From an uncultured virus (IMG/VR IMGVR_UViG_3300009036_000501) (Duplodnaviria; Heunggongvirae; Uroviricota; Caudoviricetes), in IMG/VR virus record IMGVR_UViG_3300009036_000501: a stretch of 64,000 bases of DNA, one strand, 5' to 3'. Below the pieces are notes generated by a model. That model worked only from the letters and a program-made list of their open reading frames with translations. It ran no database searches and had not been told where the DNA came from. A program made the position numbers and the translations under genes. This document shows positions 9,762 through 19,557 of this stretch, piece by piece (position 1 is the stretch's first letter; each line of letters starts with the position of its first letter).

Positions 9762-10736
9762 ATGAGTGTGCGTAAAAGTGTCAATATCGTTAAAAGTGTC
9801 AGCAATTCCACAGGTCTTCTTCAAAATTTTACTTTTGAACCATCCAGTAGCTTCGTACAAGAGTTTGCCCAGATTGTTACCATCAATTGTGAAAAAAGCG
9901 GGTATGTAGACATCAATGAAAGAGGACCTTGGATGGACGTGATTGTGGAATTGCACAATCCTTGCTTCAAGAAAGTCTCTGGACGTGCCGCTTTTGACAT
10001 TCGTCTCTTCACAGATGACGCTGGCACACCTCACTTGGAGTACTCATGTGGCGTAGATGAAGACCGATTCTTAAACATGATGGGCATGGATGAGGAGGAA
10101 CTGGTTCAGTTCCGAAACGATCTGCTTAGCTCTACGGCCGAGGCTTTTGTAGCTCAAAACGTAACTAGCAGAAGTTTCCGGATCATCCTCCACAAAAATG
10201 GTGGTGTATTGAAGAACATCATGTTCCGTCCATCGAGTGAGATCTTATCGGAATATCTTTCCAAGATCTGCATCCGACTTGACTTGTCGAACTTCATCGA
10301 TCTGTTGAATTCGCCAAAAAAGGGTGCAAAACTCGCCGCAAAAAGAGCACAAGAAACTGCACGTTTGAAAGACTTGGGTCTTTCGGCAGCAGACATCAAA
10401 GAAAAAGTGGCACAAGTCACTGTAATAGACCCACAGTACGATGTAATGTTGGAGCTTTATTACACTACGGGTGATCGTTCCGTTCCACTAGGAATGTACA
10501 CACAACCAAATGATACAATCAAATTCTCGAATGGTACAGATGAAAATCTCTACCAAGATGATTTCATTAAGACAATGGCTATCCCGCAACGGGAACTGCC
10601 TGATTTCAAGAAGATGTTGAACACGGAAGTGTTCGAAGTTCTGACCCAGTTGGGCATCGACTTCCTTGATAATTCAGCGCATGCTTTGGGTCTGGAAGAG
10701 CCTTGGGCAACAACAACATCCACAGTAGCTATGTAA
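9762..10736 (+). CDS. Hypothetical protein
   Basis: Own promoter (9686-9715), AAGGAG RBS, terminator at 10741-10771. Confidence 0.75.
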   Translation: MSVRKSVNIVKSVSNSTGLLQNFTFEPSSSFVQEFAQIVTINCEKSGYVDINERGPWMDVIVELHNPCFKKVSGRAAFDIRLFTDDAGTPHLEYSCGVDEDRFLNMMGMDEEELVQFRNDLLSSTAEAFVAQNVTSRSFRIILHKNGGVLKNIMFRPSSEILSEYLSKICIRLDLSNFIDLLNSPKKGAKLAAKRAQETARLKDLGLSAADIKEKVAQVTVIDPQYDVMLELYYTTGDRSVPLGMYTQPNDTIKFSNGTDENLYQDDFIKTMAIPQRELPDFKKMLNTEVFEVLTQLGIDFLDNSAHALGLEEPWATTTSTVAM

Positions 10737-10857
10737 ATAAAAGGGACCGTCCACGTGACGGTCCCTCTTTTATGTAGGGGTATTGACTATGTATACATGT
10801 ATATGATAAAATTATTCTAGGTTAATTTTTGCCAATACATGTAGAGGGAGATACCAA

Positions 10858-11166
10858 ATGAGTACAACAAAAAAGCTAAAGAAAATAGAAAAAGAGACCC
10901 ACATCCATTTCGATGAGCATACTCTCAAGGCTACTGTATCTACATACAATGTGAAGTGGATCAACCGTATGGCGCGTTACGGGATCGAACCTCATTACAC
11001 AGATGATACTGGATTACACATCTACAAAGATGTATCCGCACACTGGATGATTCCACGTAAGCCACCTGCGCGGACTGAGACACAAATCGAGGCGTCTAAG
11101 CAGAATATGCAACGTCTAATTGACCGATCTAATGGCAGTCAGCCAGAGGACGAGGACGAAGAATAA
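10858..11166 (+). CDS. Small hypothetical protein
   Basis: Promoter 10783-10812, GGGAG RBS, terminator follows. Confidence 0.75.
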   Translation: MSTTKKLKKIEKETHIHFDEHTLKATVSTYNVKWINRMARYGIEPHYTDDTGLHIYKDVSAHWMIPRKPPARTETQIEASKQNMQRLIDRSNGSQPEDEDEE

Positions 11167-11267
11167 AAAGGAGATGCGGTTCACGCCGCGTCTCCTTTTT
11201 TTATGCTTGACACGGAATACGAAAAACCCACCGTGTATTGGCCCAGGGGCCTGACGGTGGGTTTTTC
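11166..11267. terminator. Two back-to-back terminator hairpins between convergent genes
   Basis: AGGAGATGCGG-ttcacg-CCGCGTCTCCT-T7 and GAAAAACCCACCGT...ACGGTGGGTTTTTC. Confidence 0.7.
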
Positions 11268-11336
11268 AGTTAATCACATCTTGGCTCCTCAATAGAGCCC
11301 TATCTATTTCATACGAGCACCCCAGAGGGCCCGTTA

Positions 11337-11711
11337 CTAGCGAATGAATTGTTTGACGTGTGAGAAAGTCCGTTTCCAAATAGAAAGGTCGTTCGTCTCT
11401 TGTTGAATCTCATTCCAGATCCAGTCACGGATTGCCATTTTTTGATCTGGCAGGAGCACATCCGATTTAGTAGTGCCAACCAAAAGAGATGGCAAGTCAA
11501 CTTGGGCATCTTGATCGAATTGAAGGAAAGAAGCACAAATAGAATTGATGGAGTAACGTTGTGTACCGTAGTAGTTCCAGTCAATACAGATGACTACAAA
11601 CTGACGATTCGGCAATTCTACTTGCTCTGGTGTATCTGAGAGAAACAATTTTACATCTTCTGAAATAACCCCGTTTTCATCTAGTACGAGTGTTGTTGGT
11701 TCCATGGACAT
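11337..11711 (-). CDS. Hypothetical protein
   Basis: GGAGGT RBS; upstream TGnTATAAT promoter on the minus strand. Confidence 0.6.
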   Translation of the reverse strand: MSMEPTTLVLDENGVISEDVKLFLSDTPEQVELPNRQFVVICIDWNYYGTQRYSINSICASFLQFDQDAQVDLPSLLVGTTKSDVLLPDQKMAIRDWIWNEIQQETNDLSIWKRTFSHVKQFIR

Positions 11712-12002
11712 TTTAAAGACACCTCCGGAAATTTAAGAAAGATTTATGCTAGACGAATGTTACCACTTGTCCAATGTTTAAATTCATCTACCACACAATC
11801 ATTATATCACACTGGTGAAACCGCCACAATATAATGTATATGCCCATAGAGGTGTATGTGTGAACAAACCTCGTTCGGTAAAAATCGTGTTTCGTTGTGT
11901 TTTGCAGGATATACATACTGGTTGACTTTCCCCCTACGTATGTGTTTTAATAGTAAATAATAGGGTATAACTGAGTTAAACTGGGAAAAGAGGTGGATAT
12001 GT

Positions 12003-12476
12003 GTGGCATCTCCAGAGATCGTAGGGGCAAAGCTATTTCCTGAAAAATATGAACGAGACATGGTTATCTCTAATTTTTTGAAGGGCAAAAATAGAACTGA
12101 GCTGGTAAAAGAAGCATTGTATAGACTGGCTGTATCGTATACACCGCCGCAGTCAAACAACATCCAGGAGGCAGATGTGTCTGAAGCTAGGTTATTGAAG
12201 GAAATACTAGGACAGCTAGAACGATTAAACACTACAGGCATACCAAGTGCGCATATTCCTGTTGCAAGAACTGGGTCACACAATCAGAATGTCAATGTGG
12301 GTGGTCAATATACAGAGTCTGACATACCAGTTGTGAAGGAGTTTTTGCCTGATGATTCTTTGCCATCTATTGATGAATTAGAGATAACCAGTTCTGAAGT
12401 GACAGAGGTTCCCGCTAGGGATATGGTAGCTGCTAGGAAATCACTGCTGAAAGGCTTCAAAGGGCTCTCACTTTAG
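12003..12476 (+). CDS. ParR-like ribbon-helix-helix DNA-binding protein
   Basis: N-terminal strand plus two helices (RDMVISNFL, RTELVKEALYR), disordered middle, short C-terminal helix; near parM. Confidence 0.5.
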   Translation: MASPEIVGAKLFPEKYERDMVISNFLKGKNRTELVKEALYRLAVSYTPPQSNNIQEADVSEARLLKEILGQLERLNTTGIPSAHIPVARTGSHNQNVNVGGQYTESDIPVVKEFLPDDSLPSIDELEITSSEVTEVPARDMVAARKSLLKGFKGLSL

Positions 12477-12684
12477 TTCTAAAACGGCTTCTCTATGCAT
12501 ATACTAGGAATAAGGGTGATTCGGCTACATAAAGGGTTGAGACTTGACAAGTGCAACATATACATGTTATACTTGGGAAAAATAACCTGGCGATAGCAAA
12601 CAACATACAGATACTATGTGTGTTGCTACACCCTTAATACAACCATAAATTGCTGGTGAATAAATGCATAGAGGGGCAATAATT

Positions 12685-13644
12685 ATGAATCGTATAATGT
12701 CAGGAAAACGTGTTGCACAAATCTTGCAGACTGTCGGGGAGCAGAGAGAAGCCATCCAACACTGGTCGGATCTCGAGATGCAAACCCTTGTGGATAAATA
12801 TATAGCTGATCCGAATGTTAATATGTTCCTAGTTGATAATGTGAATGGAGATGGTGTTTGCTCCCACTGCGGTAATTATAACATTCGATTTATGGTTTCA
12901 TTCACAGACAGTTCGAATACATACACGCTTTCCATTTCGGAAAAATGCTTAGGTAGTTTTGTAACAACCCTGAATACAGAAGAAATGGCATCCCTGATTG
13001 CGGATGTAAAGTCCATAATTAAAATGCGCAATTCTGTTCTATGTAAAATGGAGGAATCAGAGTACGCAAGAGTAAGGTACCCACATGCGTTGCAGGTGAA
13101 CACCAAAATCCAGCCATTGATTTTGGCCCAGTTGCCTGTACCAGATTCTTATTCTAACGAAGTACGGCTGGCAGTCACTACACAAAAGGCTCTACATGAG
13201 AAAACAACATACTACATGACATATCAAAAATATATACGCTATGTACGTCTCTCTCTGAAACTACAACCATACTCCTCGTTTCTTCTATCTATAAATGATA
13301 AGATGAAAAAGTGTGAGAGATTATCCCCAAGCATACTAGAGGCTTTAGACAGGGGTATGACAGAAGGATGGGAGAGTCGTCTTAAAGAATCGTTGGTAAT
13401 CAAGGATCTAAACCGTGATGCAATGATAGAGTATGAGAAGAGATTAGACAGACTACTACTCTGCCGGTGCGGATTCACACGTAATACTATTGTCTCGTTC
13501 AGAAAGCAACTGAGGAACGGAAAGCCCTTGTCAGATAGGCAAATAGAGGTATTAAAAGAATGGGAGGAAAAATTCTCAAAGCAGTTAGAGGCACTCGCCA
13601 CAAGAGAAGATACATCAAGCTCCTTGATACCTAGTAAGGCATAA
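12685..13644 (+). CDS. Hypothetical protein with CxxC motif
   Basis: Long ORF with promoter 12544-12573 and bidirectional terminator 13645-13676. Confidence 0.7.
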   Translation: MNRIMSGKRVAQILQTVGEQREAIQHWSDLEMQTLVDKYIADPNVNMFLVDNVNGDGVCSHCGNYNIRFMVSFTDSSNTYTLSISEKCLGSFVTTLNTEEMASLIADVKSIIKMRNSVLCKMEESEYARVRYPHALQVNTKIQPLILAQLPVPDSYSNEVRLAVTTQKALHEKTTYYMTYQKYIRYVRLSLKLQPYSSFLLSINDKMKKCERLSPSILEALDRGMTEGWESRLKESLVIKDLNRDAMIEYEKRLDRLLLCRCGFTRNTIVSFRKQLRNGKPLSDRQIEVLKEWEEKFSKQLEALATREDTSSSLIPSKA

Positions 13645-13680
13645 AAAAGGCCCACACATTTGTGTAGGCCTTTTTCTTTA

Positions 13681-14067
13681 TTATTCGGCATCGCCTTCGG
13701 AGGTTTTAGTAACCCACTTCGTCTTTTTGTTTTTCTCCACGGGAACGAACTGCACACCTTCGATCACATCGCCCGTGGTACTCCCCGTTTTGAAGTATAC
13801 ATAGTTACGAGCTGCCAGCGTAACCATTTCCCCTCGTTGCATATCCCATGATGCCCGTTCTGGGCGGTGACGAACCTCAAAACTACCGAAACCAATCAAG
13901 TTAATACGTGCGCCTGTGGCCAATCCTTGTTGTACTGTTTCTATGAATCCATTGATAGCCGTATCCGCTTGCTTTTTAGTAAGTTCTACACCTTCTGCAC
14001 GTGCGAATGTAGCAATACCCTCGACGATATCTGGTTTGTACAGTTGTGATTTCGTTGTTTCTGACAT
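13681..14067 (-). CDS. hup: HU/IHF-family DNA-binding protein
   Basis: INLIGFGSFEVRHRPER...FK.G motif; GAGGAGG RBS; two tandem upstream promoters. Confidence 0.85.
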   Translation of the reverse strand: MSETTKSQLYKPDIVEGIATFARAEGVELTKKQADTAINGFIETVQQGLATGARINLIGFGSFEVRHRPERASWDMQRGEMVTLAARNYVYFKTGSTTGDVIEGVQFVPVEKNKKTKWVTKTSEGDAE

Positions 14068-14370
14068 GATTATATTCCTCCTCTGGATTTTACGGAAAAT
14101 GTTTCTTATCAGTCTCTTTTTCACTCTACAATCATAACACGCTTTTCTAGCAAAAGTCAAGTACCCTTTTGGCTCAAAAAGAATCTCGATTGTTCAAGTG
14201 GCAAAACCTATTCGAAACCTTTCCCAAACGTGTTTTTATTATGTTACGATTATAGCATACACCTGAGAGACCTGTCAATTACATTCTTAGAAAGGATTTG
14301 TCCTTATATATGGTGATTAGAATAACGAAGATAGAATACGAAGAAATAGGAATAAAACAGACTATGTATT

Positions 14371-14400
14371 GCATAAAATAAAATAAAGGGATACATTCTA
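14371..14400 (+). promoter_or_regulatory. Putative sigma-G (forespore) promoter
   Basis: GCATA-N18-CATTCTA matches the Bacillus sigma-G consensus; no sigma-A promoter found for this operon. Confidence 0.45.
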
Positions 14401-14426
14401 TCGACATCATGTAGGAGGCGAAACAC

Positions 14427-15002
14427 ATGTCCACTGTTCTAAGTGTAATCGAAAGTGACTTGAACCTAGGGAACATCGAAAGCATAACGACTGTAGGAAA
14501 CAAGATGAGAATAAAACTTACTTCATTAGCGCCTTCCATTGTAGGGCCTACAGTGGATTACCTAGATAAGGAAGAAGTGAGTAATATTTTTAAGGCTTTT
14601 GGTTTTTCTCGAACAGAAAGAAAATCTGCGTTGGCGAAATTGCAAAAAGGAAAGTCGAAAGCACAAAGGTTCGCTATACCAGAAATAGGGTTATTCATAG
14701 CTGGATCACCGCTTTTTTCGTTTGCCCATGCTAAGTCCGCTGCGGCCATGGCGGTTGCGACAACGGCAACACAGACGGCTTTTAGTGTAGATAGAGCCTT
14801 TGACCCGCTTATTCAACTGATCAGGGATATAGCAAACCCGATTTGTTATGTTATGTTCATAATAGGATTTATATACGTGATGGTGGGTAGAGCCAATGAA
14901 GGATTCAAACGAATGCAGTATGCGGCCTTTGGCTACATTGGGTTACAGTTGGCGCCAGGACTCATGTCCATTGTGAAGAGTGTAGGAACATCTATCGTAT
15001 AA
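14427..15002 (+). CDS. TrbC/VirB2-like pilin-domain membrane protein
   Basis: C-terminal two-TM hairpin AFDPLIQLIRDIANPICY...AAFGYIGLQLAP; AGGAGG RBS. Confidence 0.55.
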   Translation: MSTVLSVIESDLNLGNIESITTVGNKMRIKLTSLAPSIVGPTVDYLDKEEVSNIFKAFGFSRTERKSALAKLQKGKSKAQRFAIPEIGLFIAGSPLFSFAHAKSAAAMAVATTATQTAFSVDRAFDPLIQLIRDIANPICYVMFIIGFIYVMVGRANEGFKRMQYAAFGYIGLQLAPGLMSIVKSVGTSIV

Positions 15003-15022
15003 AACTTCTGGGGGAATACAAC

Positions 15023-15124
15023 ATGGATAAAAAACGCTCCAATGTACTAAATCTGATCTTAACTTGTTACGCTTTATTGTCGATGACGATTAGTTTGGTC
15101 AGAAATGTGATGGATATCATTTGA
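15023..15124 (+). CDS. 33-aa hydrophobic peptide (MDKKRSNVLNLILTCYALLSMTISLVRNVMDII)
   Basis: Hand-translated; GGGGG RBS; fills the gap in the operon. Confidence 0.45.
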   Translation: MDKKRSNVLNLILTCYALLSMTISLVRNVMDII

Positions 15125-15143
15125 GAGAAAGGCGTGCATTCGT

Positions 15144-17669
15144 ATGGTAATGCCACCGGCATTCAGAAAGATATTGAAAGTAGAAAAGAGTGGCACTGTG
15201 GGCATCACTATTTGTCCCGATAAATTCGTAAAAAACGATAAAGTGTCAGGGCTAGTGTCTGCACTATATGACACCTACAGCGCCCCTATTCATAGAATCA
15301 AGTGGAACAAAGGCGTTGAGTTTAGGCCAAAGCATGTAGGTATATGGGAAATAGTAATAACGGAAAAAAGCATTGGCTTCAACATCTACACGAACGTTGA
15401 CAACTACAGTTTCGTAATGGGTCGATTAGGGGCTGTATGGCCGGAGTCTGCTTGTCTTCGCATTCCTGAGGAAGAGAGTTTTGTTAGCCTAAACCCTATG
15501 ATATCAGATTGTATACTGCTTAAGTTAGCAGACCATCACATGCTTAGTCTAGACACCAATACTAGGCAAGAGAGTGGCCTTCTTGAGTCTTTGTTAAACT
15601 GTAACACATTGATGAAAGAGGAAGATAAAGTCATAATCCAGTTTGTGCTGGATCCTATGTCGGATGAATGGCAAGATGAATGCGACCGGTTGTATGAGGA
15701 CTACAGAAATACAGGCAGTCTACCATCCAAAATGTTTAGTACACCCACCCATACCTTTAAACGTGGAATCGAGGCTGTACTTGATTTTACTGTGGATACC
15801 ATAGAAAGTGCTTTGGATGGATTATCTTCGGCCACTGACATAAAGGGGATGCAGAAAAAACGAAAAAGTATTAAACAACTGAGCAACTCTACGATGTATA
15901 AGGCAACCAACCACGGATTTAATACACAAATACGTATCGCCTGTGAATCGCCAGACAAGAATCGTACCAATCAAATACTAAAAGCCATATCTAACTCTTT
16001 CCGTGAACTTGATGGCGATAATAGATTGGTGCCCACTAGGTCGAAGAACAAAAAGAGGATGTTAGACTTGATCAATACTAAGTCCAACGATAATGGGGGA
16101 GAGCACAAATCCATCTTGTCAGTAAAAGAAGTTGAAAAGATGGTGCAATTGCCTACTTCATCTCTGCAAAAAAATATGCCAGCTGTCAACTCCATCCAGT
16201 TCCGCGAGACAGATGTTCCCGACATTTTGACTAAACAAGGTATTGCAATAGGATCGGTGAAGAAAAAAGGGAAATTACAAAAACTACACTATTTGACATC
16301 TAACCATGACATTTTATGTTTACCACGAGTCGTCATAGGGCAAATGGGATCTGGAAAAAGTAGTTATGCTAGTACATTTTCTAGATCTGCCTTTGTAGAT
16401 AACAACTTCAATGTGATAGCGGTGGACGTAGCAGATGGTCGCATGTGTAATCAGATACGAGATTCCATCCCACCAGAACGAAAAAAAGATGTGATTGAAT
16501 TAGATTTTGGAAAGTTGTCTAGACCCATTGGTCTTGTATGGAACGAAGCAGTCGCGGGTATGAACAATTCAGGAAACCGAGTTACAGCAGAATTGTTGTC
16601 GTTTATGGAAAAAATAACTGGAGACTTTGGCCCCCAAATGAGAAGATGGATGAAAAAAGCTGCACAAGCGGTATTTGAAGATCCAAACTCCACTATTCTA
16701 GATGTCATTCTAATGTTGGTTGATGCCGAATACAGGGTGACTATGATACCAAAGATAAAAAATCTAGCTGTAAAGCAAGCTTGGATACAATTCCAAACGT
16801 TCAATGAGCGCCAACAACAACTGATTGTGAGCCCTGTACTAAATCGTCTTGACTATTTATTAGACGATGAGAATATGAAGAACATTCTATGCCAAGTCCC
16901 GAAGAAGGATAAAAATGGTAACTTCGCCTTAGACTTTCGTGAACTCATAAACCAGAATAACAAAGAGAACTACTCGGGCAAGTGTATACTGATAAAAGTG
17001 CCTGTGGCTGAGTTAGGGGAAGCGGCAACCGATGCCATCGTAGCTTTTCTAATTTCCAAGATTTGGCTAACTGTTCAAACACGAGACAGAAACACTGTTT
17101 TAGACAATGGTGTACCAACGTTTCTACTCATGGATGAACCGCACCAATTTATGTCCTCTGTGGAAAACTGGAAGCGAATGGTTGTAGAATCTAGAAAGTG
17201 GAGACTGGGACTGGTGTGGTTTTTTCACACTTGGGAGCAGATAAGAGATAAATCTAAAGAGTTAGCTAAAACTATAAAGTCTGCAGGTATACACTACATC
17301 CTATACAATAGTAGCAAAGACACATGGAAAGAGTTGGCAGAAGAGATACTACCGTACACACTCACAGAAGCCTTAGAGATACCACGTTATCATGCCTTTG
17401 TCATAACACATACACCTGAGGGACCTGTTCCGCCGATGTTGGTCAAGATGGAAGCACCCGTGAACACCACGCACCCTGTGTACGATAATTCTGATATAGC
17501 AGAGATTTGTTTGGAACGTTACTCACGCCCCTTGTCAGAAGTAGAAACCGAAATAACGAATAAAGAATTGTGTCTTTTAGGAATAGATCCCACTAAGATT
17601 GTCGATGATGTGCCTGTCATAGATGATGGTAAGTTCACATCGAAAGATAAAAAGAAAGGAGCAGACTGA
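15144..17669 (+). CDS. FtsK/HerA/VirD4-superfamily ATPase
   Basis: Walker A GQMGSGKS, Walker B LMDEPHQ, ESRKWR arginine-finger region. Confidence 0.75.
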   Translation: MVMPPAFRKILKVEKSGTVGITICPDKFVKNDKVSGLVSALYDTYSAPIHRIKWNKGVEFRPKHVGIWEIVITEKSIGFNIYTNVDNYSFVMGRLGAVWPESACLRIPEEESFVSLNPMISDCILLKLADHHMLSLDTNTRQESGLLESLLNCNTLMKEEDKVIIQFVLDPMSDEWQDECDRLYEDYRNTGSLPSKMFSTPTHTFKRGIEAVLDFTVDTIESALDGLSSATDIKGMQKKRKSIKQLSNSTMYKATNHGFNTQIRIACESPDKNRTNQILKAISNSFRELDGDNRLVPTRSKNKKRMLDLINTKSNDNGGEHKSILSVKEVEKMVQLPTSSLQKNMPAVNSIQFRETDVPDILTKQGIAIGSVKKKGKLQKLHYLTSNHDILCLPRVVIGQMGSGKSSYASTFSRSAFVDNNFNVIAVDVADGRMCNQIRDSIPPERKKDVIELDFGKLSRPIGLVWNEAVAGMNNSGNRVTAELLSFMEKITGDFGPQMRRWMKKAAQAVFEDPNSTILDVILMLVDAEYRVTMIPKIKNLAVKQAWIQFQTFNERQQQLIVSPVLNRLDYLLDDENMKNILCQVPKKDKNGNFALDFRELINQNNKENYSGKCILIKVPVAELGEAATDAIVAFLISKIWLTVQTRDRNTVLDNGVPTFLLMDEPHQFMSSVENWKRMVVESRKWRLGLVWFFHTWEQIRDKSKELAKTIKSAGIHYILYNSSKDTWKELAEEILPYTLTEALEIPRYHAFVITHTPEGPVPPMLVKMEAPVNTTHPVYDNSDIAEICLERYSRPLSEVETEITNKELCLLGIDPTKIVDDVPVIDDGKFTSKDKKKGAD

Positions 17670-18034
17670 TGACACAGGTATTGGCTTACACCATATCTCT
17701 GACCCCTCGTTCGGCGATCACATCATCGCATAACTCTGGATTTTCTTTTAACAACTTCATGAGTCAAGTGCCTAACCCAATAGATTATGTTACTGAGAAT
17801 GTGGGCGCAAAGATCAATGAAATGGCGGATGCTATCACAATTGCAGCTAAACAATTATTCATGGATGCGACTCAATTTTTATTTGTTGACCTCTTAGGCA
17901 GATTGAGTGTGGTTGCTATTATGGCGGGCTGTGTTACTATTATGCTGGGATCAAAAACTCTTTCTACCAAAATGATCACTGGGGGATGCGTAGGTTCCTT
18001 AATCTCATACATGGTAGCATTGGGTTGGTCCTGA
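17669..18034 (+). CDS. Small membrane protein
   Basis: Start overlaps upstream stop (TGATG); two C-terminal TM segments. Confidence 0.65.
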   Translation: MTQVLAYTISLTPRSAITSSHNSGFSFNNFMSQVPNPIDYVTENVGAKINEMADAITIAAKQLFMDATQFLFVDLLGRLSVVAIMAGCVTIMLGSKTLSTKMITGGCVGSLISYMVALGWS

Positions 18035-18049
18035 TGGAGGGTATACAAC

Positions 18050-18907
18050 ATGAATGACAGACACGAAGGATTTCGCCTCACTGAAGAGTGGGTTAACGAA
18101 GTGCGTAAGAAGAGACTTACGGAACGAGACCTGCGTATACTGGATATACTGAAGAAACACAAACTGGTGGATAGAGATCAGTTGTTGAATCTAGTGATGG
18201 CTAAGGGTAAACAGGCAACACAGGTAATTAATAAAAGGCTCAAATTCTTGTACGACCACCATTTTGTGGACAGAGCTTATGCACATATCATACCTGGACG
18301 TGGGGCCTCCCCATACATATATTCACTGGACAGGGCATGCTCATACATTTACGGTATTAAACCTTGGCGCAAAATAATACGTCATATAAAGGGACCAACT
18401 GGAGATATAATAAAGAAACTTCCTATAAGCTACATCCACAACATCATAATAAATGATGTTGTGTGTGCTTGTATGGAAGTTTCTTTTTCGCAAAACTGGC
18501 ATATCGTCTATTATGGTGTAGAAGAGGACAATTATATCCCACTTAATTTTAAAAATAAAAATGCCATAGTACCTGATATTATTTTGATTATTAAAAACGA
18601 ACTCGGAGATGCTCGTGTTTTTTTCATTGAAGTAGACTTAGGAAATGAAGGTAAAGATATTTTAAAGGCAAAGATAGACCATTACAACGCCTTGAAAGTG
18701 TATAGAACTTGGATAAGCGAGGGTTGGTATAAAGAGTTCATTGCAAATGAGAGCCGACTTATTTTCCCACACATTCTTTTTGCTATGGGCAATTCAAATC
18801 CATCGCGCAACAAGATGGTGAGAGATCACATGCATGGCAGATCGCTAGACGGAACAGTGATTCCTCTTAGTGGATTCTCTTCTTGGCTTGCCACAATATT
18901 TGATTAG
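18050..18907 (+). CDS. Replication-relaxation family protein
   Basis: LTERDLRIL wHTH, RLKFL, H.I.IND, VPD...FIEVDLG.E...KI..Y. Confidence 0.8.
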   Translation: MNDRHEGFRLTEEWVNEVRKKRLTERDLRILDILKKHKLVDRDQLLNLVMAKGKQATQVINKRLKFLYDHHFVDRAYAHIIPGRGASPYIYSLDRACSYIYGIKPWRKIIRHIKGPTGDIIKKLPISYIHNIIINDVVCACMEVSFSQNWHIVYYGVEEDNYIPLNFKNKNAIVPDIILIIKNELGDARVFFIEVDLGNEGKDILKAKIDHYNALKVYRTWISEGWYKEFIANESRLIFPHILFAMGNSNPSRNKMVRDHMHGRSLDGTVIPLSGFSSWLATIFD

Positions 18908-18908
18908 T

Positions 18909-19322
18909 CTATTCTTCACTCAGCTTTGCTTGTGCTGCATCCACAGTTGCTTTGTAACTCCCGTATGTTCCTCTGATCTTCCAGTACAATTTTGTGTGGT
19001 TGAGCTTAATATCGAAACTGTTGGGCATCGTGCCCCCATAGTTAGTTCTAGAAAGGTATAACAGTTGCTCAACCACTTCCTCCTTATCCTTCTCAACAGC
19101 AGCATCCATTTTTCCGATAGCTATAATGGCTATTTGGCGTGTTCTTTCCCGTGATATTCCTAGTTCCTCAGATATTAAGTTCAGCGACTTTATTACATGA
19201 TTGTCATAACCTGTTAAATGCCGAATGATGTACTGCTCTCTGTCATTCAATGTCTCATACTGTTCTTCAACTCTTGCTTCGTTTAATGTATTAAGCGAAA
19301 TACCAAGACCATTCATCTTCAT
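18909..19322 (-). CDS. Sigma-70 region-4-like HTH protein
   Basis: LNDREQYII...SLNLISEELGISRERTRQI...A; no region 2 seen. Confidence 0.75.
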   Translation of the reverse strand: MKMNGLGISLNTLNEARVEEQYETLNDREQYIIRHLTGYDNHVIKSLNLISEELGISRERTRQIAIIAIGKMDAAVEKDKEEVVEQLLYLSRTNYGGTMPNSFDIKLNHTKLYWKIRGTYGSYKATVDAAQAKLSEE

Positions 19323-19557
19323 TTTATACCACCCTTTTGCTCGTCTGTTTAAGACAATTTTATCACAGGCATGTATATGTGTCAACACCCTTTCTTAAAT
19401 TATTGACATCCTCATCTTGTTACGGAAGGGGTGAGAAAGTTGTCAATACTTTGAGTTATTATGTATATACCTTCTCCAATCTGTTCATCAACTTGACATG
19501 TATATAATATACATGTTAAAATGAGCGAAATTTGGACATATTGGAGGAGGAAACACA

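Noticed and set aside
12477..12506. Possible sigma-E promoter (TCTAAAA...CATATACT)
   Set aside because: Degenerate match in AT-rich DNA, and the downstream gene already has a good sigma-A promoter
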